Virus record (IMG/VR): IMGVR_UViG_3300047290_000079
Location: 1-55,149 of that record
Origin: a virus
Lineage: Duplodnaviria; Caudoviricetes
DNA length: 55,149 nucleotides
Direction: 5' to 3' (one strand)
Positions 47,414 to 55,149 of the stretch are shown here, one piece after another. The position numbers and the translations under genes were made by a program. Numbering within the stretch: the first letter of the stretch is position 1; every line of letters begins with the position of its first letter. The notes beneath the pieces were generated by a model. It saw only the letters and a list, made by a program, of their open reading frames with translations. It ran no database searches and was not told the DNA's origin.

Positions 47414-48619
47414 TTATTCCGTTGTCGTTGTGGTCGTGGTCTGCTCGACAGGCTTGTAGAATACATGCTCAGGGCGTTGGCCATAAGTGTAAAAGGCATC
47501 CATCTCAGCCGGTGTAAACCGACGACCCATGCCGGTTGCAGCAGCTTCCTGCTGAAGCTGTTCAAGTGTGGCTGTCTTAGCCTGACCTGCGGTTGTTGTC
47601 GCGCCGCTCTGGGTGGTTGAAGTGTTTTGCCCAACCACATATGGGCCACCGTTACCTCCGCCTCCGCCTCCGCTTATTACAACAGGATGCAGCTTCTTGT
47701 ACTCATCCGTATTTTTTAACGCAGCAACAATATCTGCCAATGTCGCGCTTGTGCCCAGCCTGCCAACCCAATTAGCAATGCCGGCAGGATCGGCACCATG
47801 GCCCAAGAGGCTTTGATATGTATCTTGGATTTGTTTAACCTTTACGCCTTCTGGGGAAGATGTGAAGATCTTATCAAGGTCTGATTGCGTTACTGCACCA
47901 CTTTGAAGTTGTTGGTTCCAATACAGCGCCCCAGGTTGATCTGGAGCACGATAGAGGTTTTTTTGGTAAGTAGCATTTAACAGATCCATGTTGGCCTTAA
48001 CGGCAGGATCTATGTAGTTTGAGCCGATGCCTGTCGGGCCGCCGGTCAAAGAGCCAATATCAAATTTCAAGCCTTCAGGCGTATTTGAAAAAGCTTGACC
48101 AAGTTTGCTTATCGGCATCACACCTGTCTGACCTTGGCCAACCCAATAATTAAATCCAGCTTGATCAGGGTCTCGCCCAAGCTCGCCTTTATACGCAGCA
48201 TTAACTGCATTGATGATATCGGGGTCATAAACTTGACCAGTTTGAGCATGCAAAACGCCTTCTGGCGAAGCAGCAAATATCGCATCTATCTGATCTGGCG
48301 TGATTTGCCCCGATTGTATTTGCTGTGACCAATATGCAAGACCTGACGGGTCAGCAGCGCGGCCGAAGTCGGCTTGATATTTTGCTTGCAAAATGTCGGT
48401 TAGGCTTGGCGCACCAACTTCTGTTCCATATCCACCTGTAACTTGCTGTGGCGACGTGCCTTGAGGCATAGTGGTATTATAATTAGTCATGACTGGATTT
48501 ATTGGCTGCTCCGGCGATATACCTTGAGGCTGTTGCTGTTGTTGAAAGAGCTGTTGCAAATATGCATCTAAAGCAGATGTATCTGTGGGTGCTACTGAAC
48601 CATCATCATCCATAGCCAT
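47414..48619 (-). CDS. Protein with four DUF4214-like repeats
   Basis: Y...[FL]GRxxDxxGxxYW...F..SPE repeated four times. Confidence 0.8.
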   Translation of the reverse strand: MAMDDDGSVAPTDTSALDAYLQQLFQQQQQPQGISPEQPINPVMTNYNTTMPQGTSPQQVTGGYGTEVGAPSLTDILQAKYQADFGRAADPSGLAYWSQQIQSGQITPDQIDAIFAASPEGVLHAQTGQVYDPDIINAVNAAYKGELGRDPDQAGFNYWVGQGQTGVMPISKLGQAFSNTPEGLKFDIGSLTGGPTGIGSNYIDPAVKANMDLLNATYQKNLYRAPDQPGALYWNQQLQSGAVTQSDLDKIFTSSPEGVKVKQIQDTYQSLLGHGADPAGIANWVGRLGTSATLADIVAALKNTDEYKKLHPVVISGGGGGGNGGPYVVGQNTSTTQSGATTTAGQAKTATLEQLQQEAAATGMGRRFTPAEMDAFYTYGQRPEHVFYKPVEQTTTTTTTE

Positions 48620-48631
48620 GCTAATCTCCTG

Positions 48632-51481
48632 TCAGCCTCTGTAACGTGAGAGAGGCCCGATCCCGAGCGAGTAAGCCAAGTTCGGGTTTTGCGATACCTG
48701 CGATTGTATAGGACTTGCGTTCACATTGCGATAGGCAGAGAGCGGGCCAACCCCAGAAAGGCTTGGGGCCGAAGCGGCGGGAGCTGGCGCCAATGGCGAA
48801 GCAACCTGATTGTCAAAGCCTGCCATGCGATACCCAGGCAGACCCGGAGGCACAGCAATGTTGCCGACCGGACCTTGGCCATCGGTGTAAGCCGTGATCG
48901 GGAAGGACTGATCATAGGATGTCTGCTGCAGCGGCTGCTTGTAGGAGACCTGCCCGCCCTCAGCCAGTCTAAGGCCCTCGGGATTATATCCTGCGTAATA
49001 ACTCGGGATGATCGGATTTCTGGCTCGTCCCCATGTCGATGCTGTGACAGTCTTGGTTGTCGGTTTTTTAATGGTTGTGCCATCCCCCGTACCAGTGCCG
49101 GTTGTTGTGGTGCCACCACCACCAGTACCACCGCCACCACCGCCTGTGCCACCACCACCAGTACCACCGCCACCACCGCCTGTGCCACCACCGCCTGTGC
49201 CGCCACCACCGCCTGTGCCTGTTCCTGCACCAGTTCCTGTTCCCGTGCCAGTTCCTGTACCAGTTCCTGTTCCCGTGCCAGTTCCTGTACCAGTTCCTGT
49301 TCCCGTGCCAGTTCCTGTTCCGCCACCAGTGCCACCACCAATGCCGCCAGTGCCACCGCCGACAACGGCGCCTGTAGTGCCACCACCTGTGCCCTCGGTG
49401 CCGCCGCCAACACCGCCTGTTGTCGCTCCGCCAGTCGTCGTGCCGCCAGTCGTCGCGCCGCCAGTTGTGGCGCCGCCTGTTGTCGCTCCGCCGGCATCAG
49501 CAACCTTTAGGGTGTTGATCTGCTTGCCCATGGCAGCGAGATATGGGTCAAAGGTGTAGAACGCATGATTGCCGATCGTGGCAACCTTTGTATACCCGTT
49601 TGCCTTTGCCCAAGAAGGAGATGCAAGGTTCGGGTTGAAATAGAAAGCTGCGCCATTTGTCGGATCGGCAACCTTTCCTGAGATAACATCAAGAGCGGTC
49701 TGCACGGCCTGCTGCCAGTTCTTTGTGTTCATTGCCTCGTCGGCCGCAACACCTTGTCTGATTGTGCCTCGAGGGTCACCGGCATCATTCATCCACGAAT
49801 ATTGATAAGGTGCCGTGACCTGCGCTGCGATAGATCCTCTCATGCTGGCGTCGGGTACGCCAACACCGGCATTGGCAGCAGCACGATTGAGCGCACTGTA
49901 AGCTGCCGCAATCTGACCCTGCGTGCTTTCGCCTCTAGCCTCGCCAAGAATAGTGCGGGCCAGAGCCAGAGCATCAGCATAGGTCTGTGGCGTCACACCC
50001 TTGGCTGTGGGGATCTGGGCGCTTAACTGCTCGTCGGTGTAATCCTTGCCCGAGAAGTTGTTTTTGTTGGCAGCCTGAAGAATTGCCGCAATTGATGCTG
50101 ACAAAGCATTAGCGGCGGCACCAGCCTCTTGCGTTTTGTCAGTTTCTTTGGTCGGTTGCGGCGGAGCTTCTGCAATCTTTTCCTCAACGGCAGGAGCTGC
50201 ACCACCAGTGGGCTTACCTCCACCACCTGCAATTAACTCGTCAGGCTGGATGACTGGCGTAACTTTCTCTTCAGGCTTTGGTTCAGGCTCTGGCTCAGGC
50301 TCTGGTGCAAGCTCTTGCTTCTCAGGTTCTGCTGGAGGAGCTGGGGGAGCAACTGGCTGCTCTTGCACAATCTGAAGATCAATAGGCGCTTGGTAACCGG
50401 CAACGGGGCCAAATACAGTTTGCGTGCCTTTAATGTCTTCTGGGTTCACTGTTAAGTTTGGCGCAATCTCAACCGTCTTGGTGCCTTGGCTTCGCTCAAG
50501 AGCGTCTTGAGCTTGCAGCGCTAAAGCTTCTGGAAGGCTCATTACGCCAGCGGCAACCTGATTTGCGTAGAACGGATCAATTAAGGCGTCAGACGTAAAC
50601 ATTGCCGACGAAGGGCCAAATGTGGTGCCAAGTAGTGGCGCTTCATCTTCCTTATCAATAGCACCCGTAAGGCCAAAGCCTCCAGGCCCGACAAGGGAGC
50701 TTTGGCCAAGATCAAGATTACTACCAACAACACCGCTGATGCCGAAGTCTCCTGATGTTGTGGGGCCTAGAGCGGCCGCGACATCAGCAGCAGTGCTTGG
50801 GCCGAACCCAACGCCCTGCGAAATACCTTGAGCCCCGAAGTCGCCAAAACCTGGCGTGCTCAAAGCACTGTCGGGGCTGTAAGTCGTGTCAGTCAAAACA
50901 CCTGTCGGGCCAGATAACCCAAACTCACCGATCGTGCTGCCCGGCGCAGAAGGACCTGCTGCAGGACCACCAAGGGCATCATCGAGCGACCCGAGAACGC
51001 CGCCCTGCAGCTCGCCTGGCGTCTCGGTGCCAGCACCTTGAGTTGCATCCCAGTCAGTAACAGCATCGCTTGGCGCGGCCGCTGGACCGCTCTCTACAAA
51101 CTCACTGCCTGCGCCCTGATAGTCTGTGGCGGCTGTCCCAGCGTCTTCATACCCGCCATCACCGTCATCGACACCGCCGCTGCCGTCAGTCCCGTCGCCA
51201 GTACCGTCCCCGCCATCATCGCCACCACCCTCGTCATCGAACGACAGAAGGCCGGTGCGGGGATTGATCTTGCCCGAGCCACCTAAAGACTTCAGGACGG
51301 CAGCCTCGTGAGGCGTGATCTGCGCGATCAGCTTATCCTTGTTGATACCTAGGCTGGCCAGCTTCTTGAGCAGGGCCTGCACCTCTCGAGGGCTGTACTC
51401 ACGCCCTCCAGCCTGAATGGGGGCGGACGGCGCCTTCACGGCACCGCCATCGGCAAAATAGGCGTCAGCATCAAAACGCAT
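48632..51481 (-). CDS. Large low-complexity virion protein with SleB/Hydrolase_2 peptidoglycan hydrolase domain
   Basis: LARTILGEARGE...LNR...PYQYSW...DPTNGA.FY.NP...PSWA...IGNH.FY, flanked by acidic, Pro-rich and GT-repeat linkers. Confidence 0.85.
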   Translation of the reverse strand: MRFDADAYFADGGAVKAPSAPIQAGGREYSPREVQALLKKLASLGINKDKLIAQITPHEAAVLKSLGGSGKINPRTGLLSFDDEGGGDDGGDGTGDGTDGSGGVDDGDGGYEDAGTAATDYQGAGSEFVESGPAAAPSDAVTDWDATQGAGTETPGELQGGVLGSLDDALGGPAAGPSAPGSTIGEFGLSGPTGVLTDTTYSPDSALSTPGFGDFGAQGISQGVGFGPSTAADVAAALGPTTSGDFGISGVVGSNLDLGQSSLVGPGGFGLTGAIDKEDEAPLLGTTFGPSSAMFTSDALIDPFYANQVAAGVMSLPEALALQAQDALERSQGTKTVEIAPNLTVNPEDIKGTQTVFGPVAGYQAPIDLQIVQEQPVAPPAPPAEPEKQELAPEPEPEPEPKPEEKVTPVIQPDELIAGGGGKPTGGAAPAVEEKIAEAPPQPTKETDKTQEAGAAANALSASIAAILQAANKNNFSGKDYTDEQLSAQIPTAKGVTPQTYADALALARTILGEARGESTQGQIAAAYSALNRAAANAGVGVPDASMRGSIAAQVTAPYQYSWMNDAGDPRGTIRQGVAADEAMNTKNWQQAVQTALDVISGKVADPTNGAAFYFNPNLASPSWAKANGYTKVATIGNHAFYTFDPYLAAMGKQINTLKVADAGGATTGGATTGGATTGGTTTGGATTGGVGGGTEGTGGGTTGAVVGGGTGGIGGGTGGGTGTGTGTGTGTGTGTGTGTGTGTGTGTGTGAGTGTGGGGGTGGGGTGGGGGGTGGGGTGGGGGGTGGGGTTTTGTGTGDGTTIKKPTTKTVTASTWGRARNPIIPSYYAGYNPEGLRLAEGGQVSYKQPLQQTSYDQSFPITAYTDGQGPVGNIAVPPGLPGYRMAGFDNQVASPLAPAPAASAPSLSGVGPLSAYRNVNASPIQSQVSQNPNLAYSLGIGPLSRYRG

Positions 51482-51500
51482 GGCTCAGTTCCTCAATTCC

Positions 51501-54335
51501 TCAAGGATTACCATAAATCACGCGATCCCGTAAGTGACGACGAAGCTCGCTGGTATACTTCTTGGCAGCAGTGTGCTTCATCGCCCCGTGAAGGGTGATC
51601 AGGAACTTCTCAGTGGCCGGATTGACCTTATGGTGAAGCTGCGGGTCGGTCAGGACGTTGTGAGCATATTGAGCCGCACGGTCATTCGGGATGCCCATCA
51701 TCTTGATCAAATGGGTCATGGCAGGCTTCTGCAAGCCATGCTCCTTTGCCGTCTTTCTGATGTCGCCAACGAGGGCTATGTGCGATGAAGGGTGGCCGAC
51801 AGATGGCTTGCGGGCCTCAACCTTGCCACCTTCTGCATAAGCCGACTGCCCCTTCATGATGGCTTCGCGCATCTTTGGGGTGATGGTGAGGGAGGGGGCG
51901 GCGATGGAATGGCGCACAGAACCAATCAATGCGCGTTTTTCTGCATCCGGCAGCGCATTAATTTGTTCAATAGACATATTCAATTCGCTAGCAATATCAG
52001 ATGCTGATTTATTGCGACCTTCGACAGGCAACCGCCCCATCTCAACCTTCGCCTCTGGATCCAGCTTCTTCACCAGCTTGCTCAACTGGTTTGGCACGAT
52101 CTTGTCGTAATAGCCCTTCATGCCTTCGCCGCCAAACACAAGATCAGGAGCTTCAAGCGAATGAATACCGTTTAATTTGTTTGGTTCTTGCGCAAGAAGT
52201 TTTTCAGCAGCTTCTTTACCAATTATCTCAGGCAAATCTTTTGGTTCTACATCCCCAGGATGTTCAGTCCAACCTTGCCCTCCTCTTCCCTTTTGAACAT
52301 AGCTCAAAGTTTTTTCTTCTGGATCGTAAGCTATGCGATCAACATGTGTACTCAAATCATACCGCTTCGCCTGCTCAACACCCGGCGTCCAGACGAGCTT
52401 ATCATACCCGCCTTCAGCAGCTTCTTTGAGCGCACGTTTCAAAGCAAGGTCGGTCCATGCCTGCGTGTTGGTGACATAGGGGGCGGGGGGCGGCGCTTTC
52501 AGCCGACGATCACCAGTAGCATTCAAAGCATCCAATTCAGTTTGCTGGGCAGGCGTTCTGCGGATTTGAGGGATGTTTATCAGTTCACGGAAACGAGCAG
52601 TTTCATCAGCACTTAAACCGGCAGGCTCACCGGGATGCTTGAACCCCTCTTTCTTCCCCTGCTGCCCCCAATCGGACTGTATCTCCTCGACATGCAGGAT
52701 CTTCTCACCGTTCGGGCCGGTGCGGTCTGACATGCGCAGGTGGGCTATAGTGTTAGGCGCGTCTGGCCAGTGGCTGGACTCAAATAGCGGCTTGTTGGCA
52801 ATTTTTTCAAAATTTCTAACACTTGATTTTGCGTAATCTGCCTCTTGTCTAAGGGCCTCAAATTCTGCGTTAGATAATTTTGAAGTCCCCTCAAGCGTAG
52901 CAAGAAGCTCATCATCATATGCCTTTTGTGCTTTTTTTGCCCTATCAGCTAGCATCATCATTTTTTCGGAAGTTTCTTTTGATGCGCCCGCATTCTTGGG
53001 TAATGTCAATCGAACCTCGCGGTAGTTCTCGCCGCCGGGTAGGGTGTATTGGCTGAATTTGGTGGGGTTGGCCGCCATAGTTCTGCCAAGGCTTTCTTGA
53101 TCACGCACATATTTGTACGCATCAGCAAGTTCTTTAATTATGCCTTGATATTCAGCAGGATAGAAATCTGGGTTATATGTTCCTCTGGCAATAGGCGTAT
53201 GCTCTGTAATTCCAAGGTCGTATAGTTCGTTTGAAAGACGATCAATTTTTTCCCAAGTTTTTTGCAAATCTTTATTAGGCGCACCCAACACCGTCTCTTC
53301 AACCTGCGGCATCTTTTCATTGAAGTGCTGCGCAACTTCGTCTTTGGTCACAGACTTTTGACCAGCAAATGCTTCATCAAAACCTTCAAGCTCTGCATCC
53401 TTCACGCCTGCTTTTTTCAGCATAGACTTGATTTGCTCTGGCGATCCTTTTGCTTGCGGCAACTCGGAAGCGACTTCAGCCGCATGGCTGTAGAACCCAA
53501 GAGGTGATAGTTCACGGCGCACAGGCCCAGCTCCAAGCACAACACCAGCACCGCCAACAGGCGCAGCGATGCCGCCAGTCAGACCTGCGCCAGCAGCCGA
53601 CAACACTTTTTCAACATCTTCTGGATTGTTGTAGTCAGGCGACTTACCTTCCTCAATCGCTTGCTTCGTCAACTCAGAACCAGCCATCAGACCTTTGACA
53701 ACCTCGGCAGCTGCCTTGGTTCCAACAGCCTGGCCAATCGGCAAACCAGCAGGAGGTAATGCCTGATCGCTTTCGCCAAACAGTAACGCCTTGCGTGGAT
53801 CCATCACTGCTTGCTTGCGTGCTGTCAGATCAATCTCACCACCATCAGCCTTCTTGATCGGCATAGTGTGGCGGCCGTTCTTCATCCAGTCTTTCAGCTC
53901 GTGCTTGCCCATCTCGACGATCGAATGAACCCGCTTGTGGCCAAGACCATCAGCAAACGAATGCACATAGTCATGCAGGGCGTGCTTGCGATCTTTATAG
54001 CCAAGCATGACCTTGTGCTCGTTGAAGCGCTTTGAGTGGGGGTGCTGCTGATTGATCACAAAGACCTTGTCGCTGTCCTTATGAGGACCGACATAGGTGT
54101 CGACGTCCATCTTGTCCGCGTCCTTCGCAGAGCCGACGATATAGCCATAGTCCGCAGCCATCTTGGCTGGGCCGCTGTCCTCTCGCACCCTTGTCGAGCC
54201 TTTGGGGTTCTCGATCGACACCGGCAGACCTGCGACACGCTCGTGCTGCTTGGGATAGTTGCCAGCCTCACGCTGGGCCGGTGAGACATTGGCGGGGCCG
54301 CCTGCGGCAAAATATCTGTCGGCATCAAAGTGCAT
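51501..54335 (-). CDS. Large polyvalent protein: InPase-like domain plus LPD-type region
   Basis: SIENPKGSTR...DYGYI...D.D..D..VG...F.EHKVMLGY (InPase type); GFYS...KG..EQ...GVK..E, YTLPGG.NYRE, SHW, AHLR..DR and VEEIQSDW.Q.G. Confidence 0.8.
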   Translation of the reverse strand: MHFDADRYFAAGGPANVSPAQREAGNYPKQHERVAGLPVSIENPKGSTRVREDSGPAKMAADYGYIVGSAKDADKMDVDTYVGPHKDSDKVFVINQQHPHSKRFNEHKVMLGYKDRKHALHDYVHSFADGLGHKRVHSIVEMGKHELKDWMKNGRHTMPIKKADGGEIDLTARKQAVMDPRKALLFGESDQALPPAGLPIGQAVGTKAAAEVVKGLMAGSELTKQAIEEGKSPDYNNPEDVEKVLSAAGAGLTGGIAAPVGGAGVVLGAGPVRRELSPLGFYSHAAEVASELPQAKGSPEQIKSMLKKAGVKDAELEGFDEAFAGQKSVTKDEVAQHFNEKMPQVEETVLGAPNKDLQKTWEKIDRLSNELYDLGITEHTPIARGTYNPDFYPAEYQGIIKELADAYKYVRDQESLGRTMAANPTKFSQYTLPGGENYREVRLTLPKNAGASKETSEKMMMLADRAKKAQKAYDDELLATLEGTSKLSNAEFEALRQEADYAKSSVRNFEKIANKPLFESSHWPDAPNTIAHLRMSDRTGPNGEKILHVEEIQSDWGQQGKKEGFKHPGEPAGLSADETARFRELINIPQIRRTPAQQTELDALNATGDRRLKAPPPAPYVTNTQAWTDLALKRALKEAAEGGYDKLVWTPGVEQAKRYDLSTHVDRIAYDPEEKTLSYVQKGRGGQGWTEHPGDVEPKDLPEIIGKEAAEKLLAQEPNKLNGIHSLEAPDLVFGGEGMKGYYDKIVPNQLSKLVKKLDPEAKVEMGRLPVEGRNKSASDIASELNMSIEQINALPDAEKRALIGSVRHSIAAPSLTITPKMREAIMKGQSAYAEGGKVEARKPSVGHPSSHIALVGDIRKTAKEHGLQKPAMTHLIKMMGIPNDRAAQYAHNVLTDPQLHHKVNPATEKFLITLHGAMKHTAAKKYTSELRRHLRDRVIYGNP

Positions 54336-55149
54336 AAGGGTTTCCCTCGACGTCTAGGGTAGGCCTTGGAGCCTCTGGCTCAGGGCGTGTGACCCTGATC
54401 ATATCACGGTCTGCGATATAACGCAGCCCCTGCACGGCAGCATCCATCAGGTCATCGTGGTCGATCGACCCTTCACCCGAGAACGTGCAGAGTTGCTCGA
54501 TCATCGGCTGCGCCCAGCTCTTTGGGTTGCCGAGCTGCTTGTCGCTCTCGACCACCCACACGCGGCCAGCAGCAAATAGGGGCGAGATGGCATGCAGGCG
54601 ATCAAGCTTCTTGGCTCGGCCTGGGTTGTATGGCGCCGACAGGATGCCTTCTCGAGCCAGAGCTTGGCGCAGGCTGATGCCAGATCCCTTGTCTTCGATC
54701 AGCAGCACGTCAGGCTTGCGGCCGGTGTTCTCCATGTACGAAGGCCCGATCACCGGCTTGAAAAGTGATCGCTCTTGCGGGGCGTAGACCGCTTGCAGCT
54801 CGCTTTTGGTGCGCTTGATCAGGTCTGGGAACCCGAGCCGATCTTGCCAGCAGTCGAGCAGGATGACGTCCCTGCGGCCGACCTTCGGGCTGAAGACGCC
54901 CCACACCACGCAGGCGGAATAGTCGGGGTCTCCCTTGACCGTCGAGCCGGTGGCCTCGGTGAAGGCGGTGTCGAGCGACATCACGATGAACTCAAGCTCG
55001 GGCAGCTCCCGATCATGCGGCCAAAGCTTGATCTGAGACTTTCGGATGATGCCCATTTCCTCGGGGTTGATCACCTCGGCATAGATTTCCTGCCGGCCGA
55101 TCGTCGTGCCCTCATAGCGCAGGATCTGATCGCGGAAGTTTGGGGCGAG
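53587..55149. repeat. Terminal redundancy, copy 2 (diverged)
   Basis: Starts gcgccagcagccgacaacac like position 1 and ends agtttggggcgag like position 1563. Confidence 0.95.
54325..55149 (-). CDS. terL: Terminase large subunit, 3' portion (allelic copy, truncated by the window edge)
   Basis: Near-identical to the C-terminal half of 739-2181. Confidence 0.9.
   Translation of the reverse strand, partial: LAPNFRDQILRYEGTTIGRQEIYAEVINPEEMGIIRKSQIKLWPHDRELPELEFIVMSLDTAFTEATGSTVKGDPDYSACVVWGVFSPKVGRRDVILLDCWQDRLGFPDLIKRTKSELQAVYAPQERSLFKPVIGPSYMENTGRKPDVLLIEDKGSGISLRQALAREGILSAPYNPGRAKKLDRLHAISPLFAAGRVWVVESDKQLGNPKSWAQPMIEQLCTFSGEGSIDHDDLMDAAVQGLRYIADRDMIRVTRPEPEAPRPTLDVEGNPYAL

Larger units (their letters stand above)
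1..55149. mobile_element. Complete or near-complete tailed bacteriophage genome (podovirus-like, probable alphaproteobacterial host)
   Basis: Terminase, portal, capsid, tail, lysis and replication genes in two large strand blocks. The ends overlap (1-1563 = 53587-55149). No host housekeeping genes seen. Confidence 0.95.

Noticed and set aside
48689-49559. Long Pro/Val-, Cys- or His-rich ORFs
   Set aside because: Alternative-frame shadows of the Gly/Thr repeat tract.
1-55149. Prophage, integrase, att sites, tRNA genes, DNA polymerase
   Set aside because: None recognised. The ends join phage sequence to phage sequence with no host flanks.
53587-55149. True T7-like direct terminal repeat or a real terL duplication
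   Set aside because: The repeat cuts through coding sequences at both ends and is polymorphic, which fits circular assembly overlap with strain variation better.

Overview
The window is an apparently complete tailed dsDNA phage genome (Caudoviricetes) with a unit length of about 53.6 kb. Bases 1-1563 recur at 53587-55149 as a colinear but non-identical copy. It is most likely podovirus-like: it has a P22-type portal, adaptor/nozzle and ejection proteins, and no tape measure or sheath is recognisable. A GcrA homologue points to an alphaproteobacterial host. The + strand (about 2.8-18.0 kb) carries early cassettes, a Sak4/SSB/Cas4-like/SF2-helicase/VRR-NUC recombination block, a DUF2829 (Tad2-like) anti-defence gene, GcrA, a DnaA domain IV protein and a glycosyltransferase. 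It is interrupted by a minus-strand Cro-like gene and primase-helicase that end at a GTAC-iterated putative origin. The minus strand (about 18-55 kb and 0.7-2.6 kb) carries terS, terL, three large cargo-like genes between terL and portal, then portal, GroES, scaffold, capsid, tail, collagen and propeller fibres, modification enzymes, lysis and ejection genes. The most striking unexplained pattern is a recurrent [YFMKL]-A-x-G-G peptide motif, a shared MxFDADxYFAxGG N-terminal leader and other shared micro-modules across otherwise unrelated late proteins. This suggests a capsid-targeting or polyprotein-processing system (inference). No integrase, DNA polymerase, tRNA or CRISPR array was recognised. 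All family assignments come from motif recognition by eye, not database searches.
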